From: Naegleria gruberi
Lineage: Eukaryota
Reading direction: 5' to 3' (one strand)
Length of the DNA: 64,000 bases
NCBI GenBank assembly: GCA_000004985.1
Contig: GG738864.1
Part shown: positions 30,675-42,709 of the stretch, one piece after another
Layout of the letters: each line of letters starts with the position of its first letter
How positions within the stretch are numbered: the stretch's first letter is position 1
Program-made: the position numbers and the translations under genes
The notes under the pieces: generated by a model
Seen by the model: only the letters and a program-made list of their open reading frames with translations
What the model was told of the DNA's origin: nothing
The model's database searches: none

Positions 30675-32468
30675 ATGCACCAATCAACACCCACGAACTC
30701 TCCATCTCTCAACAACCAGCAACACCTCATCAAACCTGTTGTTATTACTGCAGTAATTTTATTACTATTCGCTACCTTTTATTCTCACCAACAAACTATC
30801 ACTGTAAAAATTGACTCTTCCCTTCTTGGCAATAAGATCAATCAAGACATATTCGGAGTCAATTATGCAGAAGAGGCTAATTTGCAAGCTGTTAAATATC
30901 CAGTCAATAGAAAGGGAGGTAATTCTGATACTCGTTTTAATTGGGAACAAAATATTCATAACACTGCTCAGGATTGGTACTATATGAATATTCCAGATAG
31001 TGTTCAGAGCGGGAAAACTCTTCCAGATGGTTCAACAGCAACGGTTTTTGTTGATACTTCTAATAAGTACAGTTCAAAGGCAATGCTGACAGCTAGTTTG
31101 ATTGGTTATACTCCATTGGATGATCGTGTGAAAAAATGGGGATTTTCAGTTGCCAAGTATGGTAATCAATTGGAAACTGAATGTAATGGTAGTAATGGAG
31201 CTAGTTGGTGTATGAGTGATGCTGGTAATGGTAAAATTTCATCAACAACCTACATTACATCAAATAGTCCATCAGATACTTCGAAAACAATAGACGAAAC
31301 ATATGTTAGAAACTGGATTAAATTCATGAAGAGCAGAAATACACCAGTCAAATTCTGGTCACTCGACAATGAAATGGATTTATGGCATTCCACCCACAGA
31401 GATGTCCATCCAAACAAGGTCACCTATGATGAGATGTGGACACTTACTCAAAAATATGCTGCAGCTATTAAGGCAGAAGATTCAACAATTACAACCTTTG
31501 GACCAGCCTCTTGGGGACATTGTGGTTATTATTATTCACCTACTGATGGTTGTTCGAGTGGAAGTGATCGTAAGGCTCACTCTGACATGCCACTCTTGGA
31601 TTATTACTTGTCAAAAGTTTGTGAATATAAGAAGAGTAATGGAGTCTTGCTGGTTGACTATTTGGATGTTCATTACTATCCACAAGCAAGTGGAGTTTAT
31701 GATGTCCATCAAACATCAGACACTAATGCAGAACTTAGATTGAGAACTGTTAAGAGTTTGTATGATTATAATTATGTGGATGAAAGTTGGATTCCTTCTG
31801 CAGAATCGAATGGTCCACTCTCAAGAGTCGCCTTAATTCCAAGAATGAAATCATCCATTGCAAAATATTGTCCACAAATGAAGTTGGCCATCACGGAATA
31901 TAACTTTGGAGCTGACAATATTTGGTCCTCTGCCTTGGCTCAAGTTGAAATTTTGAGTATTTTCGGTAGAGAGGGAGTTGACTTGGCCACACGTTTTACA
32001 GTTCCAAAAGATGGTTCAATGGTCGAGAAATCATTTAAATTTTACTTGAATTATGATGGAAATGGAGCTAAGGTCGATGGATACTATGTCAATACCACAA
32101 GTTCAAATATAGATAGTGTTGGAGCTTATTCATTCGTGAATAGTGAAACCAGCACCATGTATGTCATTTTAATCAACAAGTTGACCTCTTCCACCAATGT
32201 TAATTTGCAAATATTGGGCAGTGCTGGTAAGGGAAAGACAATCACAACATGGACGTTCAGTTCTCCTGGAACCATCACCAAGAGCAGTCAAACAAGTACG
32301 ACTAGTTCTGTAGATGGAAGCGCCACAATTACATTGAGTGGAAGAAGTGCCAATTTATTGATTGTTCCATCTGTTTCGGTCTCAGCAAATTCTGCTCTTG
32401 TTGGTGCTGGTTTTTCGTTGGGAATGATTAGTTGCTTGCTATTCATCTTGTTTAGTGTATTATTGTAA
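30675..32468 (+). CDS. Secreted or membrane-anchored glycoside hydrolase, probably GH44-like (TIM-barrel endoglucanase-type). C-terminal hydrophobic tail, possibly a GPI signal.
   Basis: ATG at 30675 (aaaaaATG). The N-terminal hydrophobic segment is VVITAVILLLFATFY. The motif NRKGGNSDTRFNWEQN resembles the R(W/L)GGN..(R)YNWE motif I recall from GH44 enzymes. The C-terminus (ALVGAGFSLGMISCLLFILFSVLL) is hydrophobic. Family assignment is from memory and not searched. Confidence 0.55.
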   Translation: MHQSTPTNSPSLNNQQHLIKPVVITAVILLLFATFYSHQQTITVKIDSSLLGNKINQDIFGVNYAEEANLQAVKYPVNRKGGNSDTRFNWEQNIHNTAQDWYYMNIPDSVQSGKTLPDGSTATVFVDTSNKYSSKAMLTASLIGYTPLDDRVKKWGFSVAKYGNQLETECNGSNGASWCMSDAGNGKISSTTYITSNSPSDTSKTIDETYVRNWIKFMKSRNTPVKFWSLDNEMDLWHSTHRDVHPNKVTYDEMWTLTQKYAAAIKAEDSTITTFGPASWGHCGYYYSPTDGCSSGSDRKAHSDMPLLDYYLSKVCEYKKSNGVLLVDYLDVHYYPQASGVYDVHQTSDTNAELRLRTVKSLYDYNYVDESWIPSAESNGPLSRVALIPRMKSSIAKYCPQMKLAITEYNFGADNIWSSALAQVEILSIFGREGVDLATRFTVPKDGSMVEKSFKFYLNYDGNGAKVDGYYVNTTSSNIDSVGAYSFVNSETSTMYVILINKLTSSTNVNLQILGSAGKGKTITTWTFSSPGTITKSSQTSTTSSVDGSATITLSGRSANLLIVPSVSVSANSALVGAGFSLGMISCLLFILFSVLL

Positions 32469-32965
32469 AATAAATTGAAAAAAATGTGAACTAGTGAGTT
32501 TTTAACAAACATGTGTGTAAGAACAAAATATATTTCGCTATTATAAACATGTTGTTCATGATGGACTAATTGCAAAAAAAGCAATGCTTGCCCTTCTCTT
32601 TTTCGACATTGAAATATTCTCATCAATTTTGGGCACTACAATTCCCCCTACATTGTTCGGTTTACAATAATTGTTCCCTTTTAACATGTTGGGTGATAGG
32701 CATGGAATAGACATATCATACAACCAACCTTGGCACAATACCAACTCGGTGCATTACTAAATCAAATATAAGGCTAACATGTTATCCCATATTACTCCCA
32801 ACAATTTCATATTTTGCCAACACAAAAACGTGGTCTTTGATATTTCAAACGCCGTATCGGCACAACACTCCAAAAAAACCAAATTGTTGTTTGTAATTGG
32901 TGGTGAACAGCAATTCGCGTTCCTCTCTTCAAACAACAACACACAGCAATAACTTTATTTTAAAA

Positions 32966-35900
32966 ATGCAACCCGACGATCGTTTCACTTCTTCTCTGTC
33001 ATTATCGCACTCTTTACCAAATCCGAACCAGAGTAACAACAATAATAACATCAACAACAATAATCAAGGGAGTAATCGTGCAAATAATAAAACAACAAGG
33101 GTTGGAGGGCATCAGCAGCAATCATCAGGGTTTTATCCACAGCAGCAGCAACAGCAACAACATTTTAATAATTTATTTCCTCAACAAACTCAACAAATGA
33201 TGATACAAGAACATCACCAACAACATTCCTTACGACAATCTCCTGTACCACCATCATCCACAATGCAACAACACCCTGCAACCATGTACAATTATAATTC
33301 CTCCTCACCAATGAATTCACCAATGAATAATAATAATATGAATAATATGAATAACACTCCTAATCATCATTCAAGATTCAATACCTCATCACAAGTAACC
33401 TCTACATCAGTACACCAATCATCAATGCACTACAATACTAACAATAACATTGGAAATAATTACGCAATTAATTCCTCAACAAGTGCACCTTTCAATAATT
33501 CAACCAATACTACTAATACTACTACAACAAATCAGTTCTCATCAGGGAATAATACATTTTCCGATTTCTATTCGGCGAAGGCTCAGCAATCTAATTCTAA
33601 ACCTGGTGAATTGGGTCAGAACACTAATATGCTGCTCACAAATTCGGGTTCTGTACACACAAACACTAACTACCAAAATGTATATAAGAACGATCATCTA
33701 CTCACAACTAGTCAATTAATACCCAATACTAATAACATGCCAAACCAAACATACAACGATTTCAATATCACAACAAACCAATTACAATCGTCTTCTCCAT
33801 CTATTCATTCACCTAATTTTCACTCCTCTTCATCTAGTGACAAGAATAGCAATACTGTGATTGAGCTACCAAAACCCAAAAAGAAGACCAAGTCAAAACC
33901 TCCTGCCGGAGTTGGTCAATTAAGTTTTACCATTCCACCAATAGCATCGGAAGAACGGTTTGATGATGTTTCTGAAGCAGTTGCATTTAGTGGAACTAAG
34001 CTTTTCCCCATTGCCTGTGTGGCTTGTAGGCAAAGACACAAAAAGGTTTGTTATTTACACTAGTATCAATGTTTTTTAATCATCTTTGCAAAAATTGGTT
34101 ATTCGGATTAATATAGTGTGATAGAACCATTCCATCTTGTTCAGGTTGTTCTTCTAAAGGTATTGAATGTCAATATAGAACTCCAAGAAAGAAAGGAAGG
34201 GCACTGCAAAGTAATGATGGATTTCAAACTTTTACCTCACTAGATGAAATCAAGTATATCCCACAATCCCAAGGTTTTACCGATACTGAAACAGTAATGA
34301 ATGCTACGATGCCTTCTAATTCTCTTTCTGTCAGTCCACCAAAGGATTTGGGTATTGATGATATTGTAACGAAGAAGAGAAAGAAATCACAAAAGAAGGA
34401 AGAATCTGTCCCTAAGAAGTTGGCTGTAGACAGATTACCAACACTAAAAAATGTTGAAACATCACCAAATATTCAAATAGTCAATGTAAATACTAACAAT
34501 GATTATCAACAGCCAACACTAGTTCAACGCAACCAAACCCCTTCTCCAAAACAAGACATCTCCAATAGAATTCAAATTCCTTCAATCAGTCCTTCTGAAC
34601 TTTATGATTCTCCACAAACACAACTTTCTACCGTCACTCCATCAAATAATTATCTGGCAATTCAAAGTAATACTAATAACTTTCCTCTCTTAGCTTCTAA
34701 TGTTGTCCAGCCTGATTTAGCTCCATTTAACGATCCAAATGCGACTGTTGATACAATATCTCAATTACTTGTGCTTTTACTTTCATCTAACAACCAATCT
34801 AATGTTGCTAGCTTGATAAAGGATATTCTCAATAATGGAGATGGGGAAGGTCTTAAAAAATTATTGGGAACCACCTTTGGTTTGGAGAGTTTTATTACCA
34901 CTAATGAGCGTCTTAATATTTCCGCAATCAAAAAAAGAACTGTTGACTTGTATGATGAGATTATTAGTTTTGGCTATCCAATACTTAGTTCCCAATACAT
35001 TGATGAGGCCCTCTCAGCAACAAATATCAGAGCTTACTCGAATGAAAATTTAGCACTCATTTATGCCATTCATGCTGTTACATGTCAAAGACTCTGTGAG
35101 TTGGAGCAAGCCAAACAGGCATACCATAAGAGTTTAATGGAGCTAAAGGAGACTACCGACAAACATAATTTGATTGTGATTGCCACCTATTGCAATTTGG
35201 CCCTTTATTGTGGAGGCACTGGAGATACAGACACTGCTCAACAATTACTGGCATCTGCTGAGATATATTTGCTAAATAGACGAAAATTCAAATTGCAAAC
35301 AAATGATACTAATTTGGTTTTGAATTTTATTGGATGTGACGATTCTACATCATCATTCACCCTTTTTGATAATCTTTCAAATGACGAATTCAAAGTTGAA
35401 AAGTTAAAGGAAGTGTGCTCTGTAGCAGCATATTTAGGTTCTGGATCATCAAAGCCAAGTATTTACATGATTTTAAGAGGTTACTCTTTTGCTGAGGAGA
35501 TTGGAGTTTTCTTATCTGAATGTTTATTACTTTTTGAGGGAAAAATTACTAAAAAGGATTTGAATATTCTAACCAAACCTATAGATGCCAATACATTCTC
35601 TGATTATTTAGGAGTACTGTCAAGAGTTGAGAGTGCCTACTCTGGACATGAGTCTGCTAGACCGTATTCAAGTTTGCAGATGAAATTGGCAGCATCCCTA
35701 CTTCTTTGTGTGCTAGGAGGATCTCGAGCTTGGGTTCTCCATAGAGCTGGTATTAAGGGACCAATTATCGAAGAGTACGCCTCACAAGTAACTAGTTTGA
35801 CCACAACCGAGGGATTCTTGTTACTTCATTCATTGACAATACAGTTTGTTGCTAAAGCACTGGAAATACATTATGAGACAGTTTGCGATGCAGAAAGTGG

Positions 35901-36246
35901 TTTAAGGAAGAACAATGACTTGTTGGAATTGTATCAAACCATGTTCACATGTTTCAATTCACTTGTCGAGTTGAGTAAGAGATTTACGCGTATTTTAAGG
36001 TTTTATCCTAATCTTTTACATATCACGGCTATTAAATTGATGTCAAGAGGGTTCACGGGAGAGTCCATTGACCTTGTGATAAAGAACATGCACCCACAAA
36101 CAAGCCCTCATTTTAGATCAGATAATAATTTACAAAATCCTCAAACCGCTGGAGATCACACTGCTGTTGGTAATGAAGTCAAATTCAACTTTGACCAATT
36201 GCTATCTAATTTTATTGCCACCACTATGAAATCACCTTTTAATTGA
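32966..36246 (+). CDS. Zn(II)2Cys6 (GAL4-type) binuclear-cluster transcription factor with a long N/Q-rich N-terminus and a large C-terminal regulatory region.
   Basis: join(32966..34045, 34117..36246). ATG at 32966 (aaaaATG). Exon 1 ends ...IACVACRQRHKK|GTTTGT. A 71-nt intron follows. Exon 2 begins CDRTIPSCSGCSSKGIECQYRTPRKKGR, which completes CxxCxxxxxxC-x6-CxxCxxxxxxC. The join reads in frame into the 34297..36246 ORF. Confidence 0.75.
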
Positions 36247-36469
36247 ATAAAATTCCATCTAGGATCTGCATTTTGTACAAGGTTAAATTCAGATTAATTC
36301 TCAAAGGTATCAAAAACTGCGCTCAAATATTCAATTATTTGTTTAGCTATTTGGAAATGCTGTTATTACTGTTGGCAATGTATCTTAAACTCAAATTGAA
36401 TTTTACCATTAGTATCTTACATTATTACTCTATTACTGCAGTTTAGCAAATGGAATTCTCAAATAAAAA

Positions 36470-36587
36470 GACTACAGCACCACAGGTTCCCAAGTTGTCT
36501 CCAACCTCAGTACTGATGTGGCTCGACGATGCTTAACTTCTCAAATCGGACGGGATGAGGTGCACGAATCGTGATATGGCCGTAGCC
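36470..36587 (-). rRNA. 5S ribosomal RNA gene, copy 2 of 3.
   Basis: Same 118-nt sequence as copy 1 except a 3-nt change (..GATTCGTGCACC..). An oligo-T terminator follows (+ strand aaaaa at 36465-36469). It shares about 45 bp of 5'-flank with copy 1 (attcattacc(t/a)caaattgtcaaatataaatct(t/c)ttattgttt). Confidence 0.85.
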
Positions 36588-36769
36588 ATTCATTACCACA
36601 AATTGTCAAATATAAATCTCTTATTGTTTCCTTGCGATGGAGAAAATTTCAATATTGTAAAAATTATGAAATATAAACTTGGGAATTTAAATGAATCCGT
36701 GGTGTTGCAATTTTTCATTTCTACAAAGTCTAGTAGTGAGAACATTATACATCTTTTATATCTTTACAA

Positions 36770-39700
36770 TTAGACAGAGATTTCTGGAATTAATCTTCTT
36801 TCTTCTACACATTTCCTAACCCAATCCCCAGAGACAAGTTTGAGGTTTACTCTAGCTGCCTTTCTCTTTAGTGATTGTAAGCGGGTGGTATTTTCACTCT
36901 CATCATGCACAATATGTGTCACTTCAGTGGTGAGTAAATTACTGACCTTTCCTCCGTGTAAACGAATGTAAACTTCCAAAGTGTCCAATCCAAGAATCAG
37001 TTCTGAGCTTGGATCTCCAAACTTTTCATACTTGTCAATAAAAGCTACAACTCCCTTGAAGAATGATGTTTGTGATGTTTTAATCTCGTATCGTGAATTA
37101 ATCATATCAATTTGCTTTGAGTCTAGAACGAAATACTTGGATGAAAGTGAGGCTAATTGAAGCGAGTTTCTCAATGATTCCACCGTAGCATCAAACAAAT
37201 ATTCATCTTGAAATTCGTCCATTTGCTCTTTGAATGAGAGCAATGTGGCTTGAGAAGTATAAATCATGTATCCTGGATGGAATCTCTGCAGAGAGCCATA
37301 TATTACCGATTCAATCAACCACTTGTAATGAATAATATCGCGATCTCCTAGTGGATTCTTTCTATTTTGTGAGGAACTTATCCAATTTCTTACAGTAATA
37401 TCTTTATAAATTCATTTACATTAAAAGTTAAATTTGAAACTTACTATTAGTATTGGCAGCGATGAGATATTGATTCTTATGATCGTTAGGGTTCTGAACT
37501 TTAGTTCCACTATTGGAAACTATCAATTGTTCAATATCATACTTGGATTTATGTTCGTCTCCATTGAAAACAACAAATTCCAATCCTTTAAATAAGCTAG
37601 AGGTCTTATCCAGTTTAGACATATCATAATCAAAGAAATGTGAAACAGCAGCTGTTGCCTTTCTTGATTTTGGTTCCACTTCTGTAAACGTTCCATCAGG
37701 ATTTTGAACCATCTTTTTTCTCTTTTGTTTCTTGATATCATTGTGTGAAACAACAGAGTCCATATTGGCAGCTCTTCTCTTGTGATTACCATTCCTTGAT
37801 ATTTCAATCATTTCCTCTAATCCTTGTAAATCCAGACATTCATTCCAATCCTTATCGTTTCTTATTGATACAACTCTTGGGAATCTTAGTGTGACTCCTG
37901 TTTTAAATTTGGTACTCTCCTGAAAAGAGTATCCCTTAATTTCCAAAATCTTGGAACTTGAATTGTTAATAAAACTTGAAAATAAAAACCTACTGTTTCG
38001 GTTCAATATATACATCAGGCATTTCACCTGCTCCTGGAATCCATTGACCATAAAACTTAGGCAACTTGGTCTTGTCAAAAGGCTTCCAATGAGATTCTAA
38101 ATCTTTTTGTAGAGCCAACAATTCAATGTTGGTATATCCACTTCCTACTTTACAAAATGAGTGAAAAACTTGATTTTCATTGCTTGCTTCATTTTCCTCA
38201 TCCAAATTATCGAGAGCATCCGTGTTCCCCAGACTGTGTTTTGACCTTGTGGCTACAGCTAACAGAAAGTGTGAAACTGATTTTCTCTTAAATTTGGTTC
38301 CATAGAATCCTCCAACAATAATTACATCCAATGTCTCACCCATACCATCGACATGATCAGGTTTCAATTTGATCCACTTTCTCTCACCTGGAATATAGAC
38401 GCCTCCTGTTGGTTTGAGCATGATACCTTCATCTCTATTCATGATGGCAATATCCAACTGCTCGTAAACTTCCTTCTCTGATGATACTGGAGTTTGAGGT
38501 ACCAACTCGAGAACATGGCTCTGGAGATTAATGATATTCTCCAGATAGGTTCTTCTCTTCTTGAGTGGATATTGTGATAGGTCCTTATCTTTCAAATAGA
38601 CTAAATCAAAGACCATGTAGCAAAATTGTTCATTTGTATCGGATGTATCATTCAGAGCATGAGTTCTATTGTGTCCAAATTCCTTAAAGGCCTCCAGCTC
38701 AGTATTCCAAATGAGAAACTCTCCATCTAATATACAAACTTTTGCCTTGATATTATTTCTAATGATGGGTGAAAACTTTGGACCGTACAAGCTCGTATAG
38801 TCCTTGCCATTACGTGTAAAGAACATGATTTCAGATTCCTTCTTGTGTACCAGGATACGTTCTCCGTCATATTTGGGTTCAATGACATATTCATCAGAGG
38901 AGAGAGTTTCAGCCAATTTAGCTGGATGCAACAATGAAGCAAGCATTGGTTTGAACATTGAAAAGACTCTCAATTCAGCTGTTGTGAATTTAAACTTTGG
39001 ATCGAGACACTTTGTAATGACCTCTCTCAGATCAGTACATGAATTGAACAACTCGAGTGCATTCGGATGAAAATGATTCAGAATAGTGGTGTGTTGAGTT
39101 CCAATTCTTAAATCTTTGAGAATAATTCTGAGAATCCACTTTTGTTCAAAGCATGAAGTGCTCTTGAGAATGTCCAACAGAATCTTCTTTTTTTTATCAT
39201 TATCCCCAGCCATTGATAGTTCAGTTAGTTTTTCATTAATAAAGAATACAGTTAGATTTTTCGATGAGGACCAACCTCTCTTTTGCAAGACTTGAAAGCA
39301 AATATCCGAAAAGCTGTTTCCAGTTCCTTTAGATGGATCTTTCCACTTTTTCAATCTCAGAGCATCTTCACACGTTTGTGGAAGAGCCAGAATTTCAATA
39401 TAATACTTGGCAATTTTCGACTCTTTCAAGCCATAAGTCAGTCTTTCTCTATCCAATTGAGGGAGAAGTAATCTCATAAATTGAAACAAATCACTTCGAC
39501 AACTCACGAAAATCTTATCAAAGATTGCCTTCTTCTCCTTATGTTTGTTATTTTCCGAAAGTTTTTCAAAGTATTTACACAATGTTGCAAATTGAACCCT
39601 ACACGATGGAAGGTTAGGATCATACACTGGTGGAGGATGAGCAGGTAGAGGTGTTCCATTCGAATTACCAATCATACCAGCAAAGAGATTGTTATTATTA

Positions 39701-40029
39701 TTAATATTTTGTTCATTGTTGGTTCGAGATGAATTTTCCTTATTGTGAAGGGTATTACTTTTAGTACTATTGGCACCACTCGTTTGAGAGTTTGATTTAC
39801 TAGTATCGTCATCTTCATCTTCATCATCGTCATCATCAGCATTGATGAATATATCCATTCGTGAGTCGTTCATCATGGCACGAACGGCCGATGGACAACT
39901 GTTTTCAATTTCTTCATCGTTGTGTAGTATTAGATTATTCATATTGTTGCTGTGCTTGTTGTTGGTTGTTGTTTCCGAAAGAGTTTCATCCTCATCATCA
40001 TCCACAACAAGGAAGGGATTTCTAAACAT
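36770..40029 (-). CDS. LIG4: DNA ligase IV (ATP-dependent DNA ligase with tandem C-terminal BRCT domains). Three exons.
   Basis: complement(join(36770..37401, 37445..37956, 37994..40029)). ATG at 40029 (aaaaaaaATGttt). An acidic/N-rich N-terminus leads into the catalytic core with motif I, EPKYDGERILVH. It continues ...LDGEFLIWN..., GIMLK, ..RKWIKLKPDH, and an OB-fold ending GEMPDVYIEPK. A 37-nt intron (GTAGGT...caag) joins it to HSKILEIKGYSF...LRFPRVVSIRNDKDWNEC (motif VI) and BRCT1 (LFKGLEFVVFNGDEHKS...). A 43-nt intron (GTAAGT) leads to a linker plus BRCT2 (GGKVSNLLTTEVTHIVHDE...). Confidence 0.85.
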
Positions 40030-40218
40030 TTTTTTTAATTTATTCAAACGAAAACTTTTGGCGCCAAAATACACAATTTGAAATATATTTGGATCCAGAA
40101 TTGTGAAAGATCAATTTCTTATTTGGTGATAATTATGAATGAACAATGATTTTCAAAGGCTTGTTCAAAAAATTTGCCCAAACTACAATTATATGAGGAA
40201 CAAACATAAATCAATTAT

Positions 40219-42237
40219 TTAATTTAACCACCAATCAAAATCTGAGCCATTCGAATTTGCTCCATTGATATTGTTTTGTGAATTAGTTGGCTGTACATTT
40301 GTTTGTTGGAAAGATTGTTGAACTGCATTGGTTGGATAAATTGGTTGAACTTGTTGTACATTTGGTTGTAAAGATGGCTGTCCACTAACTTGTTGGAAGG
40401 TTCCACTCACCCGTTTTGGTTGAGGCAAAGGTCTTGGAATTCTTTCATTCGAAACTGATCGTGGGAAGGTCTTGTTTGGAGAGGTTGGACTGAGTCCATT
40501 ATTTGTGTTCTCATTATTTGTTGAGGTTGGTGTTGGTGTTGCACTGTTATTTGGAGTGGTTGTTGTAGAAATTGTGGTAGCAGATTTATGCCTTGAAGCC
40601 AAAGCTGCAAATCCAGTCAGGGATGTATTCCTTTGTGGAATACTTGGTGTAGCTCCATTGTTTGAGGTGACCACAATTTGAGTGCCATTATTGTTGTTAC
40701 CATTATAACCACTATTATCTCTTGGTATTACCTTTGGTGGAGATTGAGATCGTTGTTGTGGAGAGTCATCAGAGAAAAATCCCCACACTGTATTATCCTG
40801 AATGGATGATGATGATGGAGCATTAAGAATATTTGGTTGTTCCATTTCAGTTGTGAATTGATCAAAATTTTCAGTAGATATAGAATTCTTCATGGCAAGT
40901 AAATGTTTTGGTAGTGGTGGTAATTTTCTAATTGGTTGCTGAGCGTCGTTAGCTGGTTGCTGTTCCATATTAATTGTAGGAGAGGTATTATCCTCAAAGC
41001 TCAGCAAATCATCTACAACCTCAACTTCTGGAATTGTCTGCTCCTTGAAATTTTCTCCAATATGTAATAACATTTTGGCAATCACTGGTTTGTGATCACT
41101 TGTACAAATTGTAATCTCTGATGAATATTGAAGAACTTGAATTCTAGCATTGTACTTGAAAAATATTCTGTCACACCATGAAGGAACTCTCTCTTTTTTG
41201 GAGCTGAAAATATTGGAAATGTCATTAAAATCAATTCCAATAAGATCACTTGGATCAAATGATTTACACTTGTAAGTAGGAATGAAATCCAATGTTCCAG
41301 CTTCATGATATCCTTTCAGAATTTTACCAAGTCGTTTCTCCTTTTGTAATTGGTCACACTTGTAGAGAATGGCCAATCGTCCCTGTGAAATCTTTTTAAT
41401 CACCTCTGCACAACTAAAATCACTATCAATACGGTAATTAAAATCTCCAATAATAATCACAAAATCATCGTTTGTGGTTATTGATACATTCTTATTGGTG
41501 CTGTTGTGAAATTGTAAAGAACTGTTGTGAATTAGAGAAGGATCTTCCACTGCCTTGCTAATAATTGAATTCAAAGCTGCATTTCTTTCCAATAATTTTT
41601 CTGTGTGAGCTGGAAGATGAACATTGATAAAATTGAGTCTAATATATTCCATAAATTGTAATATTATTTGATGATGATGAATTTAATATGAATAATAATC
41701 CGATAATAATTATAATCATTATAATATTATTAATAATATAAATATTATCAATATTAATAAATTAAATAATTATTAAACATACTGTCTATTAAACAATTTA
41801 AATCTAACACTGACAGATCCCTTGTTTCCGAGAGCTCTCGAAAATCCCTCTCTCACCTCACTCACCATACAAGGAGAGCAATATCTAGCCAATTTAAACT
41901 GCACCCACACAAATATACATAATCCAACCAACTGATGGCAAGCAATACAATCATACGATGGAAAAACCTCAGATAGAACTGATCTCCATACAGAAGCAGC
42001 CTCTGTCTGCTCAGTAATCAATGCCTTGGCATTCATCTCAATTTCCTGAAAACCTAACACGATAATATCAGGCACTGAACCATCACTCTCATCAATGAAT
42101 AATTTTGAAAAGTATCGTTGTAGATAGGATCGGTTTGGTTCCTGAGAGGCTACATTCCACGTACAGGCATGAACTAGTAAAGTCTCTGGAATTTCCTTGT
42201 CGAACGATGAAGGATAATTCTTTCCGTTGTGCATCAT
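40219..42237 (-). CDS. Inositol polyphosphate 5-phosphatase (EEP-fold IPPc domain) with an N/S/P/Q-rich C-terminal tail.
   Basis: Exon 1 is 41773..42237 (ATG at 42237; MMHNGK...VLGFQEIEM...WRSVLSEVFP..., the GFQE motif). An AT-rich roughly 120-nt intron lies at 41653-41772. Exon 2 (40219..41652) carries NVHLPAH, IIIGDFNYRID, PSWCDRIFFK and TSDHKPV motifs. The exact splice junction was not determined. Confidence 0.8.
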
Positions 42238-42709
42238 TGTTTTTAATTCTGTTGGTATTTAAAATTGATTTTAATATTATGTAACCTGTTATAGAGAGAA
42301 GAATTAATGATGAGGTGATGTTGCTGTTGTTGTTATTTGTTTTTTTGAAAGAGATTCTCTATTGATGATGAATTGGTTCTCTCCTTTCAATCCACAATCG
42401 GGTTGTTCTTTCTCACTTTTCGTTTTTTTTGATGTTTGTTTCAAATTAATAACAGTATGAACAGTAAATAGCAGCTGTATTATTATTAATAATGAATTCA
42501 AGTATTAATAATATTGTTTCCTCAAAGAAATGCATTCCAATTGATTTATGGTTTCTCTACACTTGTTATACAACCTTGGTCTGTCAAAAATTTGCCGCCA
42601 TAAAAACCGTTAAACAAGTTTCAAAAAATAAGTTAAATATTTTTGAACAGACAAAACAATCACTTCCAACCCACACTCGAATATAACAACAAAAAAAATC
42701 AAAACATAG

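Noticed and set aside
37957-38011. Alternative LIG4 exon-1/exon-2 junctions: a 19-nt intron using the first downstream AG, or a GTATAT donor upstream that removes VYIEPK.
   Set aside because: 19 nt is below any plausible spliceosomal minimum. The GTATAT option deletes a motif conserved in human LIG4 (PDVWIEP). The 37-nt GTAGGT...caag intron preserves it.
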